From NCBI GenBank assembly GCA_964439805.1, contig CAYTOI010000002.1, forward strand, positions 47,489 to 111,488: DNA of 64,000 bases. Direction: 5' to 3'. The position numbers and the translations under genes were made by a program. The notes below the pieces were generated by a model. The model had not been told where the DNA came from, ran no database searches, and worked only from the letters and a program-made list of their open reading frames with translations. Below, piece after piece: positions 46,046 to 55,240 of this stretch. Position 1 is the stretch's first letter; each line of letters opens with the position of its first letter. The stretch is from an uncultured Pseudomonadales bacterium. GTDB taxonomy: Bacteria; Patescibacteriota; Microgenomatia; UBA1400; MFAQ01.

Positions 46046-47959
46046 ATGGCAGAAGTTCAAATAAACCACGAGGTTGAAACAGTAGAGTCGAGGCTAACTA
46101 GCAAATGCATTGACAAATATCTTGATTTTGCGATGGACAATGAGGTCAAATTTCAACACAACAAGGAAGAAATTAAAACACAAGTTCAGGAAATAATAAC
46201 AAAATTTCAAGTTGAACCAGCATTTTTTCGCTCTGTTTTTGGACTTGCAAGACCCATGCTTCTTTTGGGGGTTGCTGATAGATGGATCTCAGCCAAGAAT
46301 TTAGATGAAAAGAAGTATTTGGTTGATTATATGAAGGTTCTTTTTTCAAATGACTTTATCCAAAATACTGATATTGGTCTTGAATTTGGAAAAACTTTCT
46401 CTATAAAAGAAGAAGAAAAAGCGATAATGGGTTATTCTGGTTCCTACGAGTTTGCTTCTGGCTTGTCGACAATAGAATCTGTAAATAGAGAGGGCTGGAG
46501 GAAAAAAAGAGATTTTGCAAACGACGACAACAATACTGACCTAGAAAAAACCGCCTCGCTGATTAACGGGATTAGTATTGATAACCCAGATTCCCAATTA
46601 AGCATTATTCGTAATGAACTCGGTATAACAAAAGAAAACGAACAAGAGTTTAAAGTTAAAGTTTCAAAACTTACAAAGTCAGAAATGGCAAAAAAATTTA
46701 ACGGAACAATTGCTTTCCAAGTTGGTAGCTTGGTATACCTTCCAAATAATTTCAATCAAAGCCTGTTGGAGCATGAATATACTCACTCTCAACAGCTAAA
46801 ATTTAGCTTCGGAGGTGGTCGAGTACTTGGCTCAGCTTTAGGGGAAGCTTTAACAGAATACCAAGTTCAGAAGCCAAAGTATTATGGTGAAGTTAGAAAG
46901 GTTCTTAAAGAGATCGAAAAGGTAATACCAGGATTTATAAATGAACTTAAAGAGTATGGGGTGGTAAAAATAATCTCAAAAGGTGACAAGGTAGTTATGA
47001 AAATGATGCAAGGGTTAGGTGCCTCAACAGCAATTGATGCACTAGCCCTGGCACCAGTTAGCTCAAAGTCTAATATGGCGCAAAACTACTTCCATGGTGG
47101 TAGTTTTTTTAGGAGACCGTATGATGTTTACAAGTCAGTCCACGCATTAGTAGGGAAACAAACTATTGAACAGAAAGATGTAGATTTTAAGGTATTTTCT
47201 TCTCTAGATGCTGAAATATCAAAAGAGACAGAAAGCAAAAGGTTGCAGGCTCATGAAATAGTTGAAAAGTTAAGCGAAATAACTGAATTTGATAAAGTTA
47301 GTATTCAACTTGAAAAGATTATCAGGTTATGGCGAGCAAATAGAGAGGTAACCTCATACGAGTTAAGGAGTTTTATAGAGCAAGTCAGTAAAAAATTCCC
47401 GAACGACTATGAGCAGGTCAGTGAGGTAATATCAAAAACCCTTCTAAGTGATGCTTCGGGCAATAAATACTACTTTGAATCATTTGTAAAAGATCCAAAT
47501 TTAAACCTTATGCTAATTTTGTTAAATAATGATGATCAAAAAAGTAACGAATTTGTTCGCAACTTATATACTGATTTATTAAGAAAATCTTCAACTAGTA
47601 ATAACAGCCAAATTATTGACTATGTCTCGTCACTCAGTAGTTTTTCCACTCCTGAATTTTTCGCAATACATGGTACTGAAGCAATTAATATGGCTTTAGA
47701 GACATCCAAATCAAATCCTGAAGATCGGTATGTGTATTTATCCTTCATTGAAGAAGTCCTAAAAAAGAATCTATTGGATAGTTTGAAAACAGAGGATAGG
47801 TCGGTGGCAATAGAAAAGCTGCAGTCCATATATAACAACATTGTAAAAACGCCAAGTGACATGTTCAAGAAATACACCAAGCCAGAAGAACTAGAAAAAA
47901 TACTCGTTTCAATAAAACAAAAAAAGAAAGAAGTATTACATCAAATGCTCAGTGAGTAG
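46046..47959 (+). CDS. large hypothetical protein (637 aa) with zincin-like HExxH..QQ motif (DUF4157-like)
   Basis: LEHEYTHSQQ at ~aa 250; otherwise no similarity recognised; sole gene of its cassette. Confidence 0.5.
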   Translation: MAEVQINHEVETVESRLTSKCIDKYLDFAMDNEVKFQHNKEEIKTQVQEIITKFQVEPAFFRSVFGLARPMLLLGVADRWISAKNLDEKKYLVDYMKVLFSNDFIQNTDIGLEFGKTFSIKEEEKAIMGYSGSYEFASGLSTIESVNREGWRKKRDFANDDNNTDLEKTASLINGISIDNPDSQLSIIRNELGITKENEQEFKVKVSKLTKSEMAKKFNGTIAFQVGSLVYLPNNFNQSLLEHEYTHSQQLKFSFGGGRVLGSALGEALTEYQVQKPKYYGEVRKVLKEIEKVIPGFINELKEYGVVKIISKGDKVVMKMMQGLGASTAIDALALAPVSSKSNMAQNYFHGGSFFRRPYDVYKSVHALVGKQTIEQKDVDFKVFSSLDAEISKETESKRLQAHEIVEKLSEITEFDKVSIQLEKIIRLWRANREVTSYELRSFIEQVSKKFPNDYEQVSEVISKTLLSDASGNKYYFESFVKDPNLNLMLILLNNDDQKSNEFVRNLYTDLLRKSSTSNNSQIIDYVSSLSSFSTPEFFAIHGTEAINMALETSKSNPEDRYVYLSFIEEVLKKNLLDSLKTEDRSVAIEKLQSIYNNIVKTPSDMFKKYTKPEELEKILVSIKQKKKEVLHQMLSE

Positions 47960-47991
47960 TCCCATTTTTACATATCTGGACATGACTCACC

Positions 47992-48090
47992 AGGCTCGTT
48001 ACGAGACTAGTTCCGGCAGTTCGAATCCCATACCAACAAACTAAAAATCTCGGCACAAGGCCGAGACTTTTACTTGCGAGCCTGATGGGA
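47992..48090. repeat. ~100-bp repeat X (inverted T-arm fragment GTTCGAATCCCATACCA + hairpin/terminator module + att copy); paralog of 49781-49880
   Basis: Direct comparison: ...GTTCGTTACGA(G/A)ACT...GTTCGAATCC(C/T)ATACCAA(C/T)AAACTAAAAATCTCGGCACAAGGCCGAGACTTTTACTTGCGAG(C/G)CTGATGGGA. Confidence 0.6.
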
Positions 48091-48108
48091 CAATTTTAGA
48101 ACTTTTCC
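48076..48108. repeat. tRNA-Asp 3'-end-derived repeat, copy 4 (GCGAGCCTGATGGGACAATTTTAGAACTTTTCC)
   Basis: 15/16 identity with tRNA-Asp acceptor/T-stem segment. Confidence 0.6.
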
Positions 48109-48173
48109 AGCGCAAAACTAACAATTTCGCCAACAAAAAAACTCGCCCATTGCTGAACGAGTCTGTGACACCA

Positions 48174-48485
48174 TTATTTCGTTTCAGTTACTTCTTTCGA
48201 AACCTGGATTTGATTTGAGTACACACGCCAAAGCGTGTATTTCTTCCCTTTGTACTCAACTGTTGATCCATAGTCAGAGTTCTTTACTGGTAATTCATCG
48301 TAGTTTTTGTATTCAAGGTTCCATGTCGTTCGGGTCCCACCAACAAAAACATCCCACGAATTGTCACCTTCGACAAGGACAATATTCTTTGGCGATTCCT
48401 GGTCGTTGCTATGCATAAAGAATGGAACCAGCAATAAAGCTACCAAAATAGTCCCGACACACAATTCGAAAAGTCCAATTTTCAT
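48174..48485 (-). CDS. hypothetical secreted/membrane-anchored protein (103 aa)
   Basis: AGGAGAG RBS before ATG 48485; N-terminal TM. Confidence 0.45.
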   Translation of the reverse strand: MKIGLFELCVGTILVALLLVPFFMHSNDQESPKNIVLVEGDNSWDVFVGGTRTTWNLEYKNYDELPVKNSDYGSTVEYKGKKYTLWRVYSNQIQVSKEVTETK

Positions 48486-48505
48486 AATCTCTCCTGTCAG
48501 TATTT

Positions 48506-48796
48506 TTACCAAAACTTGATGTGAAGTGAGACAATGAGCGCCCACAACCCAAGATTGATGATAGCGGGTCCAAATGGCTCAAAATATGCATCTACAAAGC
48601 CAACCCACTCGCCGAATGCCAGCTTGTTTGCCAGGGAAAACATTCCCCAGTTTACGGAAAACAAAAGGATTAGTACACATAGCAGTGATTTCAAAGTGTT
48701 TGGCATCGGTATCGGTGTAATCATTCCAACCGCCAAGCCGACAATTATGTCAAGTAAAGCCAGTACTATAAAGAACTTTTTCAAGGTAGCCTCCAA
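48506..48796 (-). CDS. membrane protein (96 aa, 3 TM), TTG start within repeat
   Basis: GGAGGCTACC-TTG shared with gene at 49615. Confidence 0.45.
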   Translation of the reverse strand: MEATLKKFFIVLALLDIIVGLAVGMITPIPMPNTLKSLLCVLILLFSVNWGMFSLANKLAFGEWVGFVDAYFEPFGPAIINLGLWALIVSLHIKFW

Positions 48797-48880
48797 GCTA
48801 ACGAAATTAGATTTGAATAGGGAATTCTAGCACAAAACCACCCAAAAATCAACTACTATAGGATCAATGCGAGCCTAATG
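48781..48880. repeat. ~100-bp promoter/RBS-bearing repeat, copy a (includes att copy 5 and minus-strand promoter TTGATT-17-TAGAAT)
   Basis: ~85% identical to 49611-49710. Confidence 0.6.
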
Positions 48881-48900
48881 GGACGGTTTTAGTACTTTCT
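48869..48900. repeat. tRNA-Asp 3'-end-derived repeat, copy 5 (GCGAGCCTAATGGGACGGTTTTAGTACTTTCT)
   Basis: As above. Confidence 0.55.
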
Positions 48901-48967
48901 CAGCACGAAATCTTAAAATTTAGCCAATAAAAAGCCCTGAACCAATTATGGTCCAGGGCTTGTTTTC

Positions 48968-49615
48968 CTACTTGTAATTTTCTTCGCTTTCCTGTGTCAA
49001 TAGTTCCGAGAACAACAGCATCTCAATCATTTCTGGATCAGGATCTACACGACACCAACGATCTAAGGTATAACGAACCACCTTTTTTGATACAACGGGC
49101 TTTCCAACCATTTCTGGGGAGCTACCAATTTCCCTGAAAACAAAAGTGGCGTTATCTCTCCACTCAGGATGAGGTTCATGTGCCCACTCAGGATGATCTA
49201 CAAACGGTTGAAGTGCTGGGTAATAAGGGGGAGAGGTCAACGCACGAGCCCTAGCTATTCCAATCACGAATACATCCCTGGAGATGTACAACCCATCTCT
49301 TACCTTTCGGCAGTTGTGGATGTTCATAAGGCGCTGTTCTTCAGAATCAAATACATACTCTACAGCAAATTTCTTTGATAGAAATGCCTTTGCAGAGTCC
49401 ATATTAAAGGGGATCGGGTAGAAGGAAATCAATAATTCCTGAGACAAATGGCGCCGAATTTTTGTCGTATCCATAAGAACCTCAGAATCATTTGTTAATG
49501 AGTATGCAACGGTAATTCCTCCAGACTTATCAGATAAAACGATGTCGGCCTCAAACATGCGGGCTAGATCAATATCTTCTCTGAGATCATTCGAACTTGC
49601 AATAAATATTTTCAA
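48968..49615 (-). CDS. hypothetical protein (215 aa), TTG start within repeat
   Basis: GGAGGCTACC-TTG; ORF only. Confidence 0.45.
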   Translation of the reverse strand: MKIFIASSNDLREDIDLARMFEADIVLSDKSGGITVAYSLTNDSEVLMDTTKIRRHLSQELLISFYPIPFNMDSAKAFLSKKFAVEYVFDSEEQRLMNIHNCRKVRDGLYISRDVFVIGIARARALTSPPYYPALQPFVDHPEWAHEPHPEWRDNATFVFREIGSSPEMVGKPVVSKKVVRYTLDRWCRVDPDPEMIEMLLFSELLTQESEENYK

Positions 49616-49710
49616 GGTAGCCTCCTAGCTAATGAATTTAGATTTGAATGTCCAATTTTAGCACAAAACCATCCAAAAATCAACTACTATAGGATCAATG
49701 CGAGGCTGAT
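49611..49710. repeat. ~100-bp promoter/RBS-bearing repeat, copy b (includes att copy 6 GCGAGGCTGATG and promoter TTGATT-17-TAAAAT)
   Basis: See copy a. Confidence 0.6.
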
Positions 49711-49780
49711 GCTTGTCCACCTGTGGCGGAGGAGGATTCACCTTCGGTCGAACTACGTTCGCCTCAGGACCGGTCTCAGC

Positions 49781-49880
49781 AGGTTCGTTACGAAACTGCT
49801 TCCGACTGTTCGAATCCTATACCAATAAACTAAAAATCTCGGCACAAGGCCGAGACTTTTACTTGCGAGGCTGATGGGAT
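49781..49880. repeat. ~100-bp repeat Y (paralog of 47992-48090) including minus-strand terminator hairpin 49836-49862 downstream of tRNA-Asp
   Basis: See X. Confidence 0.6.
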
Positions 49881-49939
49881 TCGAACCCACGACCTTCTCC
49901 GTGACAGGGAGACGCGCTAACCAACTGCGCTACAGCCCC
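49866..49939 (-). tRNA. tRNA-Asp (anticodon GTC)
   Basis: Hand-folded: acceptor GGGGCTG/CAGCCTC, D GCGC/GCGC loop AGTTGGTTA, anticodon stem TCTCC/GGAGA loop CTGTCAC, T GTGGG/CCCAT loop TTCGAAT. Confidence 0.85.
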
Positions 49940-50095
49940 AACAAGCTATATTCTAAGGCCAAAAGACCATATTTGCCATACTAAAATGCGTATTGGCACA
50001 ATTTCTGTTAAAATACCCTTAGTTAAATCATCTTAACTTTTTAATTTGGTTCCCTGGTGATGATGGCCATGGGGTAAGCAAGAAAGGAGCCAGAA

Positions 50096-50377
50096 ATGGC
50101 TGTTCGTTTATACGTAGGGAATCTACCCTACAATATTACTCAATCTAGACTACAGGAGGTATTTTCACCTTTTGGAGCCCTTGGTGAAGTAACTGTTATT
50201 TCAGACAAGTTCTCAGGCAGAAGTAAAGGCTTTGGATTCGTAGAATTCGAAGACGCAGAAGCTGCTAAAAGTGCTATTGAAAAAATGAATGGTGCCGACC
50301 TCGATGGCCGCAACATCATCGTTAATGAAGCTCGACCAAAAGAAGAGCGCCCAGACCGATCATTCGGTGGACGCTAG
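50096..50377 (+). CDS. RNA-binding protein (single RRM domain)
   Basis: RNP2 LYVGNL, RNP1 KGFGFVEF; AAGGAG RBS. Confidence 0.85.
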   Translation: MAVRLYVGNLPYNITQSRLQEVFSPFGALGEVTVISDKFSGRSKGFGFVEFEDAEAAKSAIEKMNGADLDGRNIIVNEARPKEERPDRSFGGR

Positions 50378-50405
50378 TCTCCAATCGATTTAATTATCAC
50401 AAAAA

Positions 50406-50427
50406 ACCCGCTTAGGCGGGTTTTTTG
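50406..50427 (+). terminator. rho-independent terminator
   Basis: ACCCGC-ttag-GCGGGT + TTTTTT. Confidence 0.7.
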
Positions 50428-50453
50428 GTGCTAAAATTTATCCAATACGCTCA

Positions 50454-50732
50454 ATGAACACCTTTTTTAGCCTTTTAATTATTTTTTCTTTAACCTTCTC
50501 CTATTTGATTATTGTATTTAATAGGCTTCAACAAACACTTAATAATCTTAGCCATACCAAAGTAGACATAAAAACTTTCCAAAACAAAACAGATTCTATT
50601 TCTCAAGAAAAATTCATTTATTCCACCAGGGTACAAAAAAACTTAGAACTTGAATTAAGCACTATGCTCAAAAGATCTGACTATCAGCTGATGCTTCACT
50701 TTTTGAAGTCGCACCCAGAAATAAAAAGATAA
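50454..50732 (+). CDS. small membrane protein (92 aa)
   Basis: N-terminal TM. Confidence 0.4.
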   Translation: MNTFFSLLIIFSLTFSYLIIVFNRLQQTLNNLSHTKVDIKTFQNKTDSISQEKFIYSTRVQKNLELELSTMLKRSDYQLMLHFLKSHPEIKR

Positions 50733-50740
50733 GAAAACAA

Positions 50741-52090
50741 ATGATCAGTTTAAAAATTAGTAAGCTCCAAAAAAGCTACAACCAACCACTTTTGGACGAT
50801 ATTACCTTTAACCACGTAGGAGAAGGTGTGGTGGCACTAATTGGTGATAACGGCTGCGGCAAATCAACTTTGTTAAAGATTTTAGCTGGGTTAGATCAGC
50901 AAGATGGGGGAAAGTTTGAGTGGGGAGGAACCCTAAGAATTGGTTACTTGACACAAGAGATTGAAAGTTTACCTACTCTTTCTGGAGGCCAAAAGAAAAT
51001 TAGTTTGCTTGCCGATCTCTTTTATTCTGGCGAATACGACGTGTTACTTCTCGATGAACCAGACAATCATCTGGATATCCAAAACAAACAGTGGCTCGCC
51101 TCAGCTATTAAGGATTTTGGTGGTCTGGTAATAATGATTTCGCACGACCGACATTTGTTGAAACAAATTTCAAACTATACCTGGCTAGTAGAGGATAGAG
51201 AAGTTCGCACCTATCCCTTTGGCTACGGCAAGTTTGTAGTTGAATATCAAAAAGAAACCGAGAGCATGGAAAAGCTTTTTAGTGTTCAAGAAAAAGAACA
51301 CAAGAGACTGGCGGCTCTTGTAGATGTTTTTCGCCAAAGAGCAGCCAGTGGTCCCAAGGCTGCCAGATACTTTCACGCTCTGGAAAAGCGCTTGGCCAGA
51401 TTTGAAGCCGAAATGGTGAACGACCCCAAGAAGAAAGATGTCAAAATTCTTCTCAATACCAAAACTTCTAGCAAGCAAATAAAAAACAAGCTTTCTGTGT
51501 TGGTCAGAAACTTAAGCTTTTCTTATGGAGAAACAGAAATCTTCAAAGACGCCGACTTTTTTATGGAAGTAGGGGATAAGGTAGCACTTGTTTCACCCAA
51601 TGGCACTGGAAAATCTACTTTAATAAAACTAATTTTAGGATTTCTCAGCCCTGATCAGGGTACAGCAAGAGTCGGCGAAAATCTTAAAGTTGGTTATTAC
51701 TCTCAAGAACACTTGGAAACACTTCCTGCAGAAGGCACTCCAATATCTGTCTTTACTAGCCGCTTCCCCATAGCCGACTACGATGCTGCTGCAGTTTTGA
51801 AAAAGTTTTATTTCAGCAAGCAAACAATAAAGTCAAAAATTTGGACGCTCTCTGGTGGCCAAAAAGCAAGATTGCAATTGGCTCTTTTTCTCTATACCAA
51901 CCCCGACGTTTTAATTTTGGACGAGCCAACTAACCATTTGGACATTCGTTCCGTTACTGCCCTGGAGGAATTTTTGGTGGACTACGCGGGCTCCATTTTG
52001 CTCATTTCTCACGACCACGATCTCCTAAACACTGTTTGCGACGTGGCCTACGCTGTAAAAAATCAAAAAATCACCCTAACTGAAATTTAG
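50741..52090 (+). CDS. ABC-F-type ATPase (two tandem nucleotide-binding domains, no membrane domain); first NBD shortened
   Basis: Walker A GDNGCGKST and SPNGTGKST, signatures LSGGQKKI and LSGGQKARL, Walker B LLLDEP and LILDEP. Confidence 0.75.
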   Translation: MISLKISKLQKSYNQPLLDDITFNHVGEGVVALIGDNGCGKSTLLKILAGLDQQDGGKFEWGGTLRIGYLTQEIESLPTLSGGQKKISLLADLFYSGEYDVLLLDEPDNHLDIQNKQWLASAIKDFGGLVIMISHDRHLLKQISNYTWLVEDREVRTYPFGYGKFVVEYQKETESMEKLFSVQEKEHKRLAALVDVFRQRAASGPKAARYFHALEKRLARFEAEMVNDPKKKDVKILLNTKTSSKQIKNKLSVLVRNLSFSYGETEIFKDADFFMEVGDKVALVSPNGTGKSTLIKLILGFLSPDQGTARVGENLKVGYYSQEHLETLPAEGTPISVFTSRFPIADYDAAAVLKKFYFSKQTIKSKIWTLSGGQKARLQLALFLYTNPDVLILDEPTNHLDIRSVTALEEFLVDYAGSILLISHDHDLLNTVCDVAYAVKNQKITLTEI

Positions 52091-52107
52091 TCTGATAAAA
52101 TTGGTCT

Positions 52108-52416
52108 GTGTCCAAAGTAATCGTCACTGCAGATGAGGTCAAAAAAATAGCCAAGCTGGCTAGCCTTACCCTGCAAAACAACCAAGAGGATCTCTTTGCT
52201 GAGCAGTTCACCGACACCCTCGAAGTAGTCAAAAAACTAGATCAGCTCGACACTACAGTAGTTACCGGCACTTACCAAGTAAACTCCTTGCAAAACGTTA
52301 CCCGAGAAGATGTTGTCGACTCAGAAAGAATTCTTCCCCAATCAGTAGCCATAAGAGAGGCAAAAATTACCTACAATGGTTATTTTGTCGTTCCTCGCCT
52401 TATCGATAACTCATGA
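52108..52416 (+). CDS. gatC: Asp/Glu-tRNA amidotransferase subunit C (GTG start)
   Basis: Position before gatA/gatB, size, ...VKKIAKLASL...; GTG at 52108. Confidence 0.75.
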   Translation: MSKVIVTADEVKKIAKLASLTLQNNQEDLFAEQFTDTLEVVKKLDQLDTTVVTGTYQVNSLQNVTREDVVDSERILPQSVAIREAKITYNGYFVVPRLIDNS

Positions 52417-53837
52417 AAGAACTTCACCAACTAACAATCAAAGAAATCCACAAAGGGTACTCCGAAGGAAATTTTACTTGCGAACAACTTGTTCGCCATT
52501 TTCTTGCCCGGATAGAAAAATATAATTCCAAACTGAATATTTATTTGAGCCTAAACAAAAATGCTTTAAACGAAGCCGTAAAAGTTGACTTGGAAATAAA
52601 AGAAAACGGAATCACCAAACCTCTTCAAGGAATTCCCTTTGCTGTCAAAGATAACTTTTTGACGGTAGGAATGGAAACAACTGCTAGTAGTAATGTTCTT
52701 AAAGGCTACTTCCCCCAATACGAGTCTACGGTAACAAAAAAAATTCTCGATGCCGGTGCCATTATCTTGGGCAAAACCAATATGGACTCTTTTGCCCATG
52801 GAAGTAGTACCGAAACTTCTGACTTCGGACCAACTCTTAACCCTTGGAACCCTGAACACCTTCCTGGTGGCTCTTCCGGTGGATCGACAGCTGCAATTTC
52901 TGCAGAGCTGGCTATAGCAGCCCTAGGATCCGAAACAGCCGGCTCTATTCGCCAACCCTCCGCTTGGGTAGGAGTTACCGGCTTCAAACCCACCTACGGC
53001 CGTTCTAGCCGCTACGGTGTTATCTCTATGGCTAGCTCTACAGACACTCCTGGCCCCATAGCCAAAAACGTCGAAGACTGCGCTATTGTCACCGAAGTTA
53101 TAGCCGGGAAGGACAACAAAGACGCCACCAGCTCACCCAAAGAAGTATTGGACTATTCCAAGTTGCTAAACAAAAAAGATCTTAAAGGTGTAAGAGTAGG
53201 GCTTATTTCTGAATACTTATTAAATGACATGTCCGAAGAGGTAAAAACTTTAATAAAAAATGCAGCAGAAAAATTTAAATCCCTTGGCGCTACCGTAGAA
53301 AATGTTTCCTTAATGGACCCCCAATACTCAATTGGAGTTTATACCGTACTTCAGCGATCTGAAGTGAGTTCTAACCTTGCCCGTTTCGACGGCATTCGTT
53401 TTGGTCACCCCAGAACTGTCTTTAATGAAGAAAACAAACGAAGAATAATGCTCGGAACATATACTCTTTCAGCAGGTTACTACGATGCCTTTTACAAAAA
53501 GTCACTTGCGGTAAGAACTCAAATAATCGAAGATTTTGCCAAAGCATTTGAATCATTTGATGTTTTGATTGGTGCTGTTTCCCCGGGGCCAGCTCTCAAA
53601 ATTGGCGCCAGTAAAAACCAACCCATGTTTGGAGAGATGGAAGATGTCCTGGTAGAGGCCAGCTCAATTGCCGGACTAACTAGTATTTCTGTCCCTTGTG
53701 GTTTTGTAGACGATCTTCCCATTGGTCTGCAGATTACCGGTAATCATTTTGAGGAAGAAAAAGTATTGTCTATAGCCAAAGTATTTCAAGATTCTACTGA
53801 TTTTGTTAAGTTCCCAGATTTAGAAAAAACCTTATGA
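52413..53837 (+). CDS. gatA: Asp/Glu-tRNA amidotransferase subunit A (amidase signature)
   Basis: GGSSGGS, amidase Ser-cisSer-Lys region, ATGA overlap with gatC. Confidence 0.9.
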   Translation: MKELHQLTIKEIHKGYSEGNFTCEQLVRHFLARIEKYNSKLNIYLSLNKNALNEAVKVDLEIKENGITKPLQGIPFAVKDNFLTVGMETTASSNVLKGYFPQYESTVTKKILDAGAIILGKTNMDSFAHGSSTETSDFGPTLNPWNPEHLPGGSSGGSTAAISAELAIAALGSETAGSIRQPSAWVGVTGFKPTYGRSSRYGVISMASSTDTPGPIAKNVEDCAIVTEVIAGKDNKDATSSPKEVLDYSKLLNKKDLKGVRVGLISEYLLNDMSEEVKTLIKNAAEKFKSLGATVENVSLMDPQYSIGVYTVLQRSEVSSNLARFDGIRFGHPRTVFNEENKRRIMLGTYTLSAGYYDAFYKKSLAVRTQIIEDFAKAFESFDVLIGAVSPGPALKIGASKNQPMFGEMEDVLVEASSIAGLTSISVPCGFVDDLPIGLQITGNHFEEEKVLSIAKVFQDSTDFVKFPDLEKTL

Positions 53838-55150
53838 CCATCACACCTTTAATCGGCCTCGAAGTCCATGTAGAGCTAGAAACAAAATCCAAAATGTTTT
53901 GTGGTTGTCCTGCAGATCATTTTGGCAAAGAACCAAATACTCAAACCTGTCCAGTGTGTCTTGGCCTTCCTGGTGCTCTGCCAGTACCAAACAAAAAAGC
54001 CATTGAAAGTTGTATTCAAATTGGCTTGGCTCTAAACTGTGAAATAAACAAAAACAGTAAGTTCGATAGAAAACAATATTTTTACCCAGACCTTTCCAAA
54101 GGGTATCAAATAAGTCAGTACGATGAACCATTTTGCTCCGAAGGCTTTATTCATTTGGATTCCGGTAAAAAAATTGGCATCGAAAGAGTCCATCAAGAAG
54201 AAGATACCGGCAAACTTCAGCACACTATCTTAGAAGGAGAAAAAGTCAGTCTTGTAGACTTCAACAGATCCGGTGTTCCACTAGTAGAAATTGTTTCCAA
54301 GCCAGACATGAGCTCTAGTGAAGAAGCAAAAGAGTACCTCAAAAAAATTCACGAAATAATCAGAGCCTTGGGTGTTTCTAGCGCCGATATGGACAAGGGT
54401 CAAATGAGACTAGAACCAACAGTAAACGCCAAAATTGAAAAAGATGGTGAGACTTTCTACACTCCACTGGCAGAAATAAAAAACATCAACTCCTTTAACT
54501 TTGTTGCCTCAGCAATTGAGTTTGAGGTTAAACGCCAAGTGAAAGAATGGGAAGAAACAGGAGTGGTAAAAACAGCAACCAACAAAACTACCAGGGGCTA
54601 CGACTCGGTCAAAAAAGTAACCTTTTTGCAAAGAACCAAAGAAGAGGCCAAGGACTATAGATACTTCCCGGAGCCAGACATTCCACCCTTTGTCATAGAA
54701 AAAGATTATGTTGAAAAGCTTCGATCTGAACTTCCCAAACTTCCCGCAGAAATTATTTCAGATTTGGAGTCACTTGGTGTAGAAAATAAATACGCCAAAA
54801 TAATTGCCTCAAGCGAAGAATTGCTTTCCATAATTAGCTTGTTTAAAAACGACACTGAGATAGAAACTAGTAAGCTCGCAAGTGCTCTAGTAAATAAAAA
54901 AATCCGCACCGAAGACGACATCAAAGCGCAGTACCTCACAATCACCAAGGTGGGCAACACCAATACAGACGAACTAAAATCAATTGTCATGAAGATTGTA
55001 GAAGCCAACCCTGGCCCAGTGGCGGAATACAAAAAAGGCAAAACCAATATCGCTGGCTTCTTTGTCGGCCAGGCCATGAAAGAATCAAAAGGAACGGCTT
55101 CTCCACAGGTATTAGCCGAAATCGTGGCTAAATTGCTCTCAGAAATTTAA
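53834..55150 (+). CDS. gatB: Asp/Glu-tRNA amidotransferase subunit B
   Basis: IGLEVHVEL...KMFCGCPA..., GatB/YqeY C-terminal domain. Confidence 0.9.
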   Translation: MTITPLIGLEVHVELETKSKMFCGCPADHFGKEPNTQTCPVCLGLPGALPVPNKKAIESCIQIGLALNCEINKNSKFDRKQYFYPDLSKGYQISQYDEPFCSEGFIHLDSGKKIGIERVHQEEDTGKLQHTILEGEKVSLVDFNRSGVPLVEIVSKPDMSSSEEAKEYLKKIHEIIRALGVSSADMDKGQMRLEPTVNAKIEKDGETFYTPLAEIKNINSFNFVASAIEFEVKRQVKEWEETGVVKTATNKTTRGYDSVKKVTFLQRTKEEAKDYRYFPEPDIPPFVIEKDYVEKLRSELPKLPAEIISDLESLGVENKYAKIIASSEELLSIISLFKNDTEIETSKLASALVNKKIRTEDDIKAQYLTITKVGNTNTDELKSIVMKIVEANPGPVAEYKKGKTNIAGFFVGQAMKESKGTASPQVLAEIVAKLLSEI

Positions 55151-55240
55151 CCCATAATAAAGTAAATTGGTTGTTGACAATATCCGATAAAAATTTGCTA
55201 TAATATCTAAGCAAGTTAAAATCTTTTTTAGGAGTGTAGA

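Noticed and set aside
47960-48070. Possible plus-strand tRNA ending ...CCCATACCA (and similar at 49800-49825)
   Set aside because: Could not be folded into a cloverleaf (no complementary T-stem or acceptor). Better explained as an inverted fragment of the tRNA-Asp T-arm embedded in a ~100-bp repeat.
49699-49862. tmRNA or other tRNA-like ncRNA between att copy 6 and tRNA-Asp
   Set aside because: Shares only the terminal CATCAGCCTCGCA with tRNA-Asp; no acceptor/T-arm pairing or tmRNA tag-reading frame recognisable. Treated as recombination scar plus terminator hairpin.
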